Positions 1 through 10,354 of a stretch of 64,000 nucleotides of DNA are shown here, in pieces. Each line of letters begins with the position of its first letter. The stretch's first letter is position 1. Origin of the DNA: an uncultured Spirochaetales bacterium (lineage in GTDB: Bacteria; Spirochaetota; Spirochaetia; CAYLLE01); NCBI GenBank assembly GCA_964618265.1, contig CAZUAE010000006.1, forward strand, positions 18,830 to 82,829, written 5' to 3'. The notes under the pieces were generated by a model. The model made no database searches. It was given only the letters and a program-made list of their open reading frames with translations, and had not been told where the DNA came from. The position numbers were made by a program, and so were the translations under genes.

Positions 1-534
1 ATGGTCCACCAGATCCATAGCCAGTACCTCAGGGTCCCTTAACGCTGCCAAGTGGTCGCCGCCGGGGTGGAAATCGGTAAACCCCACGATAAACCGATCT
101 TTGCCCAGGTCTAAAAGATTCCGGGTGAATTTAACCGTCAGTTTTAAGAGGGGATGGTCCATATCCAATACTGCGGAAGCCCCGTCCTCTTCCCAGTCCG
201 TGATACAGGGCTCAGACCATGTGGTGGTTTCTCCGAAACGGTAAGGGCATCCGCTCCAGGCGCTGAATATCTCGGGACCTAGGTTCGGCCATGCAATTGG
301 CAGAGCTTCCCCCAGGTAATGGAAGTTTTCCAGCTCAACCGCCCCTTGTTCCGCCCGAAAGTCCACATCAAGCCAACGGGATTCGTAATTAGGATAGTTC
401 CTTTCCGGGACCGGTTTCGGATTATCCTTAGGAAGCATGATGTTAACCAGGGCGCGGTCAAAAATATCACGGTTCCAGAAGGCATCAAATCGTTTGTAAA
501 CTGTTTCGTAATCGGGTTTTAGTGCATAGGACAT
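1..534 (-). CDS. Hypothetical protein, N-terminal 178 aa only (3' end lies beyond window start)
   Basis: Open minus-strand frame from ATG at 534..532 to position 1 with no stop. An in-frame stop lies 6 codons upstream of the ATG. No confident family assignment. Confidence 0.5.
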   Translation of the reverse strand, partial: MSYALKPDYETVYKRFDAFWNRDIFDRALVNIMLPKDNPKPVPERNYPNYESRWLDVDFRAEQGAVELENFHYLGEALPIAWPNLGPEIFSAWSGCPYRFGETTTWSEPCITDWEEDGASAVLDMDHPLLKLTVKFTRNLLDLGKDRFIVGFTDFHPGGDHLAALRDPEVLAMDLVDH

Positions 535-574
535 AGCTTGATGTATACATCATGAAGAACAAAGATACAAGGGG

Positions 575-2539
575 TTAATCTACGCTGAGTATTCCCTGCA
601 TCTCTTCATCGCTTTTTACGGTAAAAGTCATTAATTGGTCCGTGTCCATGGAACCGAATTCCTCCAGAGTGACGGTACGATAAGTATCCAGCTCAAGGGA
701 ATAATTGTTATAGGTGGTCTGATAAAATCCTAATTTTTTCCGGGGAGAGATTCCTATATCGATGAGCTTTTTTGCTCCTTCCCGGAGGAGCTGAAGCTTG
801 TAATATAGATCATCTTTACCCGATATAGACCACACTCCCAGATAGAGGGGTTTCCCCGGGTCCTTCATGTCTCCGCAAAACTCTCCCCGGAGAAGTTTTT
901 CCCGGTCCGCTCCGAGGTATGGGACAAAGTCCAAATGCTCAGCCAGCTTCCGGTCGGTGGCGAAAAAATCACCTGTAACCGGATTAAAGGTAAAAATGAT
1001 AGTAACGTCCACCGCCAAGCCGTAACTCCCCAGAAGAGTACCCAAAAAGTCTCTAGGATTGGTATGAAGAGAGAGAAACTGCCTGCTCCGTTTGATTTTT
1101 TGTATAACCGTAAGGAGACGGTACCTTGTCTTTTCATTATCGATCCGTTTACTCTCTATAAACTTCCGCAGCTTTCTGAAGCTGCCGTGACCGTATACGT
1201 ACCCTAAAATTGACCGGTATATTTCCCGAATATTGTTGAAGCTGCTGAACCGCAGAATCAGTTCGTAGCTGAGGAGCTCCATCCGCCGCATCCGCCAGAT
1301 AAAACGCACCACTTCGGACCTGTCGCTAAAAAGGGCAGGCGAAGGCAGTTCCGCGGTTCTTAGGGTTTCCGCGAACTTTGCTTCCATAGCTGTTTCGGAA
1401 TTGACATCACCTCTTACCGATTTTGTCAGTGATATGGTCCAATCTGTATACACTCCCCGAACACTCGAGACTTTAATATTTTCACTTCCGAAGGCGGAAA
1501 AGATCTGCCTGGTACCGATACCGGACCCGTCCCTTTCTTTTGTAGTATTCCCGACAAACAGAGGAATCCCTTTTGGATCGGTTTTCAGACGGTCCGGTGT
1601 AATCCCGATACCATTATCCCGGATTCCCAGGATGATCCTCTCTTCCTCTTCATCCAGAGATATTCTGATCTCTCCGGTTCTTCCTGCCTCCCTGACGGCA
1701 TCTAAAGAGTTTGCTAAAAGATTTATCAGGGCTCTTCCTACCTCCACATAATTAGCCAAAACTTCTGTAACGCCGCTTCTTAGGGACAGATTGATTCTGC
1801 AAGGAACCTTTGAAGCTTTAATAAAGGGAACGAGGCGTTCCAGTATAAATTCCTGGATGTCAATGTCATGAATGTATTCCAGGGTATCTCTGTAGGAGTT
1901 AAGCATGTTGATCAGGGCTGTGGTTTCCCGGTTTATATCTTCGATTACCTTCTTGTAGTTATCCGCTGAAAGCATATTGACCATATCGAAAATAAGCTTT
2001 GCGTTTTTTGCTGCATCGTGGCGGATCTTTCCCAACTCTTCTTTTCCGTTTTTTTTGTCTTCAGTTTTAGCCTCAGAAGCCTTGAGGATATCCTCAGCAT
2101 GGGCGGACATGTAATAGAAAATAAGTTTGCGGTAGGCAATAGGATTTCCGGTGATAAAGCCTGCTCTTCTAAAAAAATTTATTGAATCCAGCTGCTTCTG
2201 CCAAACATATAGGTAGAGGAGTGCATCAGAAGGCAAAACGCCGCTTAACGCCTCCATAAAGGCGGAACCGATTCCCTTGCCTCTTGCGAAAGGACTGGTG
2301 CTTTGCCGGTAGATGTGATATCTATTTGATTCTCTGTTGGAATATACCAGAATATAACCTAAAAGTTCCTCTTCCTCTACCCAAACAAAACTCAAGTCAT
2401 AATCCTTTTCCAACGAAGCATCTGTTATATAGGGAGAGGGAATGATAAACGTGTCTATATTTAAAAGAGGAGATTTCCCTATCCGTTCTTCATCTTCCTG
2501 AGTTAAGTTTCTTATAAAAGGATAACGGGTAAAGTTCAT
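575..2539 (-). CDS. GNAT acetyltransferase fused to a histidine-kinase-like (GHKL/HATPase_c) ATPase, plus a ~250-aa uncharacterised C-terminal domain
   Basis: 654-aa ORF. The N-terminal ~140 aa carry GNAT motif A (RGKGIGSAFM). The middle carries a candidate DHp His (KIRHDAAKN) followed by an N-box (LANSLDA), G1 (IRDNGIGI) and G2 (GSGIGT). The C-terminal third matches no family I recognise. Confidence 0.65.
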   Translation of the reverse strand: MNFTRYPFIRNLTQEDEERIGKSPLLNIDTFIIPSPYITDASLEKDYDLSFVWVEEEELLGYILVYSNRESNRYHIYRQSTSPFARGKGIGSAFMEALSGVLPSDALLYLYVWQKQLDSINFFRRAGFITGNPIAYRKLIFYYMSAHAEDILKASEAKTEDKKNGKEELGKIRHDAAKNAKLIFDMVNMLSADNYKKVIEDINRETTALINMLNSYRDTLEYIHDIDIQEFILERLVPFIKASKVPCRINLSLRSGVTEVLANYVEVGRALINLLANSLDAVREAGRTGEIRISLDEEEERIILGIRDNGIGITPDRLKTDPKGIPLFVGNTTKERDGSGIGTRQIFSAFGSENIKVSSVRGVYTDWTISLTKSVRGDVNSETAMEAKFAETLRTAELPSPALFSDRSEVVRFIWRMRRMELLSYELILRFSSFNNIREIYRSILGYVYGHGSFRKLRKFIESKRIDNEKTRYRLLTVIQKIKRSRQFLSLHTNPRDFLGTLLGSYGLAVDVTIIFTFNPVTGDFFATDRKLAEHLDFVPYLGADREKLLRGEFCGDMKDPGKPLYLGVWSISGKDDLYYKLQLLREGAKKLIDIGISPRKKLGFYQTTYNNYSLELDTYRTVTLEEFGSMDTDQLMTFTVKSDEEMQGILSVD

Positions 2540-2655
2540 ATACTCAGTATACCCATGGCAAGCCGTTGTTGCAAAAGGCGGTTTGAGTTATTCCATTGTG
2601 ATTACCGAACTTGATTTTCTGCTCGGTTCACTAAGGCCGGAGTAAAGAATATAAG

Positions 2656-4230
2656 CTAATCGTGGATGATTATTGTGTTCCGGCCCGATTGCTTTGCCAT
2701 GTACAGCGCCTGGTCCGCCCGGTCAAGAAGATGTCTTAGAGTATCGTTTTTTACCGGAACAACCATCACCGCCCCGCAGCTTATGGTAATGTTGAAAGCA
2801 GTGGATCCCAGGTGTACCTGAGTCTGTGCAAGGCTGTGCCGAAGTGCTTCCAGCATACCGCCGAAATTTTTTTCCACTCCCGGAGCGCTTGTGACGATTG
2901 TAAACTCTTCCCCGCCGTACCGGCCTATAAGGTCAGATTCTCTTCGAAAGTGGTCCTTCAGAGTACCCCCTAACATTCGGAGGCAGTCATCTCCCGCTAT
3001 GTGGCCATAATTGTCGTTGACCGCTTTAAAATTGTCGATGTCAATCATGGCAATTCCAAGCCAGAGCCTCTCTCTCCGTGCGATTGCAACAAAGTTCTGC
3101 CCCTGTTCTTCAAAAGATCTTCTGTTGTGAAGGCCGGTAAGGCTGTCATACGATGCTAATTCTTTCAGCTTTTCGTTGAGAGTAATCAGTTCCGACTTCT
3201 GTTGTTCTATCATTGCCGTACGCTTGCTTACGAGTTGTTCAAGTTCTTCCGTAGACCTGTTTACCCGTAAACGCATCTCCTCGAAGGCCCGTGACAGTTC
3301 CGCCACTTCGTCGTTCCCGGTCGTCTTAATCGGTACCTCCTCCTGACTTCCCAAAAGGCGGCTGGCTCGAGCGAGCTGACGCAGACGGCGGCTCAGGGAT
3401 CGCGAAAAAATGAGAGCGATAAAGCCCGGAATGAGAATAAGAAACAATCCGGTGATATTCGCCCACATTCTAGTTCCTGTAAGATGTGCCTGGTAATCAG
3501 AAACAGAAGATAACAAGTAAAAGCGAATTTCCTTACCGGTATGAAGCAGCGTAAAGAATTCTCCCCGGCGTTTGATCTCCCTCGATATTTCCGAAAGCGG
3601 AATTCTCTGTTCACGAATCCATTGTCTTCCTTCGGACAGCGTTTTGCCGGTTACCGCGAGAACTCTGCCCTGGTCGTGCGTAAGTATCATTCGGCTTCCG
3701 TCCCGCTCGAGCAATAACTGCAGTTCTTCATTAGCAAATCGGCCGAGATCTACCAGTAACTCGATACGCACCCCGGAAACTGTGGTTGCTGAAAGACGTT
3801 TAAAGGCCCTGGTTTTGTCACACGAGATAGCAAATCCCGGCAGGTACGTCTGGTTTACAATCTTACAGCCCTTCAGGGAAAAGCTCTCATTATCGGAGTA
3901 CAAAATGATGTCGCCTACACAGTCATTTGCTTCTATGAGTGTTAAAAGCCTCCTCTCGGCGTCCTGCCTGTTGTAATGGCGGAGTATGGGGTGTTCTACG
4001 AAAAAATTGTGGACGTTCCAGTCGGCGATCACCGTATTCAGTACTCCCCGGGCCCGGTCTATGTAATCTTCGTATCTGGTGTCCGCAACCTCGGCAAGAA
4101 GCTCCATGTTTCTCTGTTGGTCCGAAAGCTCCTGTTGCCGGCGGGAACGCAGGAAAATCGTGGTAGAAACAATGACGGTTAGACCGTTTATTATAAATAT
4201 TAAGAGAAAAAGCCGTACCCAAAATTTCAT
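2656..4230 (-). CDS. Membrane sensor diguanylate cyclase (GGDEF domain)
   Basis: N-terminal TM helix, a ~250-aa periplasmic region, a second TM, a coiled coil, then GGDEF with an intact RYGGEEF active site and an RESD I-site. Overlaps the upstream gene by 4 bp. Confidence 0.85.
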   Translation of the reverse strand: MKFWVRLFLLIFIINGLTVIVSTTIFLRSRRQQELSDQQRNMELLAEVADTRYEDYIDRARGVLNTVIADWNVHNFFVEHPILRHYNRQDAERRLLTLIEANDCVGDIILYSDNESFSLKGCKIVNQTYLPGFAISCDKTRAFKRLSATTVSGVRIELLVDLGRFANEELQLLLERDGSRMILTHDQGRVLAVTGKTLSEGRQWIREQRIPLSEISREIKRRGEFFTLLHTGKEIRFYLLSSVSDYQAHLTGTRMWANITGLFLILIPGFIALIFSRSLSRRLRQLARASRLLGSQEEVPIKTTGNDEVAELSRAFEEMRLRVNRSTEELEQLVSKRTAMIEQQKSELITLNEKLKELASYDSLTGLHNRRSFEEQGQNFVAIARRERLWLGIAMIDIDNFKAVNDNYGHIAGDDCLRMLGGTLKDHFRRESDLIGRYGGEEFTIVTSAPGVEKNFGGMLEALRHSLAQTQVHLGSTAFNITISCGAVMVVPVKNDTLRHLLDRADQALYMAKQSGRNTIIIHD

Positions 4231-5165
4231 TCGGGTAGTTCCCGTAAAAACTCTTTGTACTGTTGATAGGTGAGACCAATGTAGTGTTTAAGCAGGAGGT
4301 CATACCGGGGGCTTTCCTGAAAAGAAATCATCCATTCATCCAATGCTGAGGCCAAAGCGGCCGCTTCCTTGTCTACGGCAAATGCAAGCTTTCCCGTATG
4401 ATCATTAATCGGGAAAATCGGACGCACCGCGCGGCGTAGTGTCTGGCTCGTATTGAGCTGATGAAAGAACGAAAGGGAGTCGATGATGAAGAAATCGACG
4501 GCGCCTTTTGATATCTGTTCGGGAAAAAACATGATTGTAGTCTGGGTGTCGGGGGGTAAAAGAAGCAGATTTACAACAGCATTATTTATTTTCACCGCAT
4601 GACCCGGTGCCGGGATAACTGTTCCATTCTCGAGTACGGCGGGGATGCGGGTAAATGGTATGTCTTTTGTGCCCAGCGCCTTTTCCAAAATGTTTTGGAA
4701 TGACATACCTTTCACCACAGAAATACGTTTTCCCAGTAAATCTTCGAAGGTATGAGCAGTACTGTCCGCACCGCCTACGAGAACCTCGGAGTTTTCAATA
4801 AACGGCGTCATATGGAGCATTTTTTTTCGTTCCGGAGTGACGGTCAGTATCTCCGCGTAGATGTCCACCGTGTTCATGAGGATTAACTCATTTCCTGAAT
4901 CGGTTTTTTTCCAGTACTCCCGGAAAGATTCAATCGGTTTGATTTCCAACTCCAAATTGAGGGATTCCGCAAACTTTAAAACGAGCTCGTAACAGAGCCC
5001 CGGCATGGTTTCATTATCCGGGGAGTAAATCAACGTGGACACGGGCCGGACTCCGGCTATTAATTCCCCCCGTTCTTTAATCTCCGGCAAATCTTCCGAG
5101 ATGAGCCAGCTGCCAAGAAAAAAATATGGAATAATTAAAAAGAGTAGTCTTAATTTTAAAAGCAT
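4227..5165 (-). CDS. Periplasmic solute-binding-protein-like domain protein (SBP_bac_3-like), probable co-sensor for the downstream GGDEF protein
   Basis: Signal-peptide/TM N-terminus (MLLKLRLLFLIIPYFFLGSW) followed by a family-3-like binding fold (IKERGELIAGV...). 4-bp overlap with the GGDEF gene. Confidence 0.6.
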   Translation of the reverse strand: MLLKLRLLFLIIPYFFLGSWLISEDLPEIKERGELIAGVRPVSTLIYSPDNETMPGLCYELVLKFAESLNLELEIKPIESFREYWKKTDSGNELILMNTVDIYAEILTVTPERKKMLHMTPFIENSEVLVGGADSTAHTFEDLLGKRISVVKGMSFQNILEKALGTKDIPFTRIPAVLENGTVIPAPGHAVKINNAVVNLLLLPPDTQTTIMFFPEQISKGAVDFFIIDSLSFFHQLNTSQTLRRAVRPIFPINDHTGKLAFAVDKEAAALASALDEWMISFQESPRYDLLLKHYIGLTYQQYKEFLRELPE

Positions 5166-5221
5166 ATGTTTCCTTTAAAATTTACTATCAAACACCCTCT
5201 GAGGTCAACGCAATACTTACA

Positions 5222-5368
5222 GCTAAGTTGTAATTCTAAATTTGCAACTTAGAATTGCCTTTTTACTCATGGCATCCTTGGAATTCTCATTTTATCCAGT
5301 TATTTTACGGCTTTTTTTGAGAATCATGGATTTTTCTGTTGCCTAAAGGTATAAAATAAGAATTCCTC
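5222..5368 (+). repeat. Copy 1 of a ~145-bp structured dispersed repeat
   Basis: Contains a dyad AATTCTAAAT-ttgca-ACTTAGAATT (5232..5256). A long stem pairs GGAATTCTCATTTTAT (5279..5294) with ATAAAATAAGAATTCC (5351..5366). About 85% identical to the inverted copy at 7893..8036. Confidence 0.8.
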
Positions 5369-5381
5369 TACAGCCTGTGCC

Positions 5382-6851
<1,470 letters not shown>

Positions 6852-6860
6852 TCAGGTTAA

Positions 6861-6890
6861 ATTTAAAAAAAACCGGGCAGTGATGCCCGG
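6861..6890 (-). terminator. Rho-independent terminator downstream of the lipoprotein gene
   Basis: GC-rich hairpin CCGGGCA-gtga-TGCCCGG (6873..6890). On the minus strand it is followed by a T8 run (complement of A8 at 6865..6872). Confidence 0.6.
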
Positions 6891-6919
6891 CATATCAAAT
6901 CGGTTTTTTCGGCTTGGAG

Positions 6920-7465
6920 CTACATAGCAGAACCAATTTTGATTTCACCTGTTACAGTGGAATCGTCACTGATATCCGCGCTGTCTCTGAACTCTTCCGA
7001 GGCGAAGTAAAGATCGCCGTCGATGGTGGCGCCGCTGGTCAGCTCAAATCCTTCCGCATCCACATACACATTACCCGCCACTTCACCAGCCTGAATCCGT
7101 GTGTTTTCATGTTCAACGATTAGCCGTGGTACGGTAAGGGTAAACCGGGCGGTTACGTTCCGGTCTTCATCCTGGGTGTAGAGGGCCAGTTTCCTTCTCG
7201 GGGCCTCCGCGCCTTCTTCTTCGTATACCTCTCCGGAAATGGTGATTTCTTCGGATGCCGTTACGTTATCTTCGAAAAGGATAATCCATGGACCGTCAGG
7301 ACCTAACGCTTCCTGCAGATTATCGGTATCAGTCACCACCGTCTCGGTCGGTCTTGAAGCAGCATCCGCGCCTTCGGTGTCGTCAGCTTCATCACCGCCG
7401 CAGCCGATAAATACAAATGCCAGAACGGCAGCAAGGAATAATAGTATTCCAATATTTTTCATCAT
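6920..7465 (-). CDS. Acidic lipoprotein of unknown function
   Basis: Start set at MMKNIGILLFLAAVLAFVFIGCGG (lipobox FIGC) with SD AAAAGGAG 5 nt upstream. The mature part is rich in D/E/T. The ORF-track start at 7498 adds 11 aa with no SD. Confidence 0.7.
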   Translation of the reverse strand: MMKNIGILLFLAAVLAFVFIGCGGDEADDTEGADAASRPTETVVTDTDNLQEALGPDGPWIILFEDNVTASEEITISGEVYEEEGAEAPRRKLALYTQDEDRNVTARFTLTVPRLIVEHENTRIQAGEVAGNVYVDAEGFELTSGATIDGDLYFASEEFRDSADISDDSTVTGEIKIGSAM

Positions 7466-7631
7466 AGTACTCCTTTTATGATTATTTAATACCGACATAA
7501 GGTAATGATATTTTTGTAATGAGGCAATCCAGTAATAAACATCAATTTACGCCTCGGCATGTTTTTGAATTGCTATTAAATGGGGGTTAGGTTCTTGAAA
7601 TTCATTCCGATAATTATAGATAAGATTATGT

Positions 7632-7889
7632 ATGCCGATTTTCCGGCTCGGAGGAGAAATGAAGCAGTACAAGATTAAAGGAATAGATGGACACGAAACA
7701 TATCTAAAGATAATAGAGGAGTGCGGTGACGGGTATAAAGTAAACATCATAAGCATTCGGGATGAACGCATAAAAGAGAAACAGGAATTTATAGGAAGAC
7801 ACCTTTTTGACGTATGTCTAAGAACAGGCTATTTTAAAGAGGTACCGATACCTAAACCGGTATTACAAGCCGCTGTAAAAACTGCTTGA
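7632..7889 (+). CDS. Small hypothetical protein (85 aa, or 76 aa from the ATG at 7659)
   Basis: ORF only. GGAGGAG lies immediately before the internal ATG at 7659. The stop abuts repeat copy 2. Confidence 0.35.
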   Translation: MPIFRLGGEMKQYKIKGIDGHETYLKIIEECGDGYKVNIISIRDERIKEKQEFIGRHLFDVCLRTGYFKEVPIPKPVLQAAVKTA

Positions 7890-7892
7890 TCG

Positions 7893-8036
7893 AGGAATTC
7901 TCATTTTATACCTTTAGGCAGCAGAAGGAGGCATGATTATCCCGAAAAGCCGTAAAATAATTAGATGAAATGAGAATTCCAGGCTTTACATAGGTAAAAA
8001 GGCTATTCTAAATTGCAAATTTAGAATAGCTTTGCT
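7893..8036 (-). repeat. Copy 2 of the ~145-bp structured repeat, inverted relative to copy 1
   Basis: Reverse complement aligns end-to-end with 5222..5368. Contains a perfect dyad CTATTCTAAAT-tgcaa-ATTTAGAATAG at 8004..8030. Confidence 0.8.
8004..8030. promoter_or_regulatory. Perfect 11-bp-arm dyad inside repeat copy 2, a candidate operator or hairpin upstream of the cyclase gene
   Basis: CTATTCTAAAT/ATTTAGAATAG arms seen directly. Equivalent dyads occur at 5232..5256 and 33778..33802. Confidence 0.3.
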
Positions 8037-8102
8037 TGATCATTATTATATTACCTAGTATCCTATATAATAGATCTTTTTGTAAAGGCGCGCTGTTATT
8101 AA

Positions 8103-9575
8103 ATGGAATTAAAAAATGTTGAGGAAACGGATGAAAACTCCAACGTGGAGTCAAAAAAGTCCGAACTTGAAATAAGAAAAGAAATTGAAGAGTTTTATCT
8201 TCCCAAACAGCTCATCAATGCCATCTATCAGACCGGAGGTGTTCCCAAGGACTCGGTAGAGGCCAATATCGGAATAGGATTCATGGATGTAGCTGATTAT
8301 ACATTTCTTTCAAAATTCCTGAGTCCCAAAGAAAACCAGGCTGTTCTCAACGGTCTTTATACCGCTTTCAATTCGGTGCTTAAGCGGCACGGCGGTTATC
8401 TCAATAAGATTGAAGGCGACAGTCTCATGTTCCATTATGGAGGAATTACTGACCCCAACATACGGGGGCTCGATGAGCATGATTCATTGAGGTATATTGC
8501 CAAAGAGTTATTCTATACCTGTGTGGAAATGCAGCGGGTTTGCGCCCTTTTTAACCAAGCGAATGATAAGTTTCTTCAGGAAGGCGCGGATGAGAATGCC
8601 CGGGAAACCCTGAAACGAGCGTTCGATATCATCAGCACGCTGCGTAATAACTTCGAACTCTCCAACGCATTTAATGCCTTATTTCAGATAAGAATCCGGA
8701 TTGGGGCCAACGTCGGTATGGTAACATTGGGAAATTTTGGTCCGGAAGGAGCCCGGCAATGGGATATAATTGGTTTTCCTGTAATTGAAGCAAAAAGGAT
8801 GGAATCCACAGCACCTGTCGGGGGATTACGCATATCTGAAAATTTTTACAGATTATTGGAAGAGACAGGGGTGGCCGATGCCTACTTCAATCGATTTAAA
8901 CGCGAAGCCCAGGCACTTTTCGGCTATTACCAGGATATTACCAAGGAAGATCTATATAAATTCAGCAGGGTTTACCTCAAAGATAAAAAAAATGTCGAGT
9001 TTAGAACTTATAGTATTCAGGTAAATCCTGGGTTACCCGAAACAATCGTCGGACAGGTAGAGCTTCTCCTGAGCAAAAGTGAGGCAGGAGCGGAAAAAAT
9101 TTTAGAACTGCTTCAGTATTACCGGGGAAATAAATATATAATAAAAGCGATAGAAGATCTTTTCAGCAGGTTAGGTTTACAGCTCCGCAAAGACCACCTA
9201 TTACAGATTATGTATCCCTCAAAATACCGGCAAATGGTTGAGGAATTTGACGGGAACAAAGAAACTCTCTCCCGGCATATCGATTCGGAATACTCCTTTT
9301 ACGATCTTCTAAAGCGATTAGGTAAATATCAGGATGTGGTAAAAAAAGCACGGGATTCGGAACCTGAGGTTCCTGTTTTTTCAGATTATGATCAGTGTAT
9401 GAGTGAGGAGGAAACAAACTACAAGCTGCGGTTTAAGCGGTTAAAAAAAGTGGTTATTGCCCGGGCTCACTTCTATAACGTTGTGTTTCCTCTCATATTT
9501 AAGAGTATTAGGGCCAGTATTTTTGAGTATCAGCTGCGGAGAAGCGAAGAAGTAGCCGAATTAGAAGCAATATAG
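8103..9575 (+). CDS. Class III adenylate/guanylate cyclase with a ~250-aa uncharacterised C-terminal extension
   Basis: Metal-binding Asp motifs FMDVADYT and KIEGDSLMF, plus RIGANVGMVTLGNFG, match the class III nucleotidyl cyclase catalytic core. Confidence 0.8.
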   Translation: MELKNVEETDENSNVESKKSELEIRKEIEEFYLPKQLINAIYQTGGVPKDSVEANIGIGFMDVADYTFLSKFLSPKENQAVLNGLYTAFNSVLKRHGGYLNKIEGDSLMFHYGGITDPNIRGLDEHDSLRYIAKELFYTCVEMQRVCALFNQANDKFLQEGADENARETLKRAFDIISTLRNNFELSNAFNALFQIRIRIGANVGMVTLGNFGPEGARQWDIIGFPVIEAKRMESTAPVGGLRISENFYRLLEETGVADAYFNRFKREAQALFGYYQDITKEDLYKFSRVYLKDKKNVEFRTYSIQVNPGLPETIVGQVELLLSKSEAGAEKILELLQYYRGNKYIIKAIEDLFSRLGLQLRKDHLLQIMYPSKYRQMVEEFDGNKETLSRHIDSEYSFYDLLKRLGKYQDVVKKARDSEPEVPVFSDYDQCMSEEETNYKLRFKRLKKVVIARAHFYNVVFPLIFKSIRASIFEYQLRRSEEVAELEAI

Positions 9576-9576
9576 T

Positions 9577-10300
9577 TCATATACCCATGGAAAACCATTC
9601 CTCGTACAGCTCATTTATAATGCCCTCTGTTAATTTTAAACTCTCCTCCAGTTTTCTCGCTTCCTTTATATTGTTTTTTTTAAAATTCATAATGATGCGT
9701 TTTTCCAGTATTCCTTTCTTTTTTTCTAAATTTTGAATCCTCTCTTCAATTTCTTTTTCTGCATTAATCTCCTTATCTGTTTTACTGTTATGCCTTTGTG
9801 TTTTCCTTATTTGATATTTCGTTCGAAAACCGCCGGTTTTCTGAACGCGGAGAATACTGGTTATGGGAAATCATCAGAATGGTCCCCGTAAAGGATCTGA
9901 TAAGCTCCTCAAGAAAAGGTAATCCGACAAAATCCAGATGATTACCCGGCTCATCCAATAGCAGAAGATTGGGATTACTAATTATTGCTCTGCCCAGGGC
10001 AACAGTATTATCCTCTCTCCCGAAAAGGTACAGACTGGTCTATCCGGTTTATAATTGTGATACTGGGGTAGGTAGAAAATACGTGTGCCGGTTTGAGTTA
10101 TAACTTCGCCCTTTTCGGGATCTTCTAATCCCGAGGCTAGCTTGATAAGTGCAGTCTTACCCGACCCGTTCGGTCCAATCAAGCCAATTTTTTCTCCCGG
10201 ATTAATTGCGAAATTTATGGATTCAAATAGTTCTGTGGAAGCGTAAGACTATCCCGTTAAAAGAAAAAGCTCCTGTTGATTTTCGTGATGTGTAGAGTCC
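9577..10300 (-). pseudogene. Decayed ABC-F/ABC ATPase gene (frameshifted and internally deleted)
   Basis: Fragments in different frames: an N-terminal stretch ending in an in-frame stop; Walker A GPNGSGKT (ORF 9982..10182); Walker B and H-loop LLLLDEPGNHLD...ILMISHNQ; and a C-terminal coiled-coil arm ...NELYEEWFSMGI*. Total coding potential is about 240 aa, against more than 500 aa for intact ABC-F proteins. Confidence 0.6.
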
Positions 10301-10354
10301 GTAAACCCTGCGTATCATTTTTTATAATAGTGTCAATTAGCTGCTGCACCATCT

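Noticed and set aside
865-1207. Many 60-130-aa ORFs on the strand opposite to, or out of frame within, long conserved genes (for example 865..1137, 935..1207, 3393..3614, 3923..4303, 11496..11990, 14972..15226, 31387..32078, 44178..44623, 59030..59538)
   Set aside because: All lie inside well-supported longer CDSs. They have no SD or recognisable motifs and show the composition of shadow ORFs.
8103-9575. Class III cyclase as the signalling enzyme of a Pycsar/CBASS-like antiphage system
   Set aside because: No adjacent effector with a cNMP-binding, TIR or pore-forming domain. The upstream neighbour is an 85-aa ORF of unknown function. The downstream neighbour is a convergent ABC-F pseudogene. 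Class III cyclases are common housekeeping signalling enzymes.
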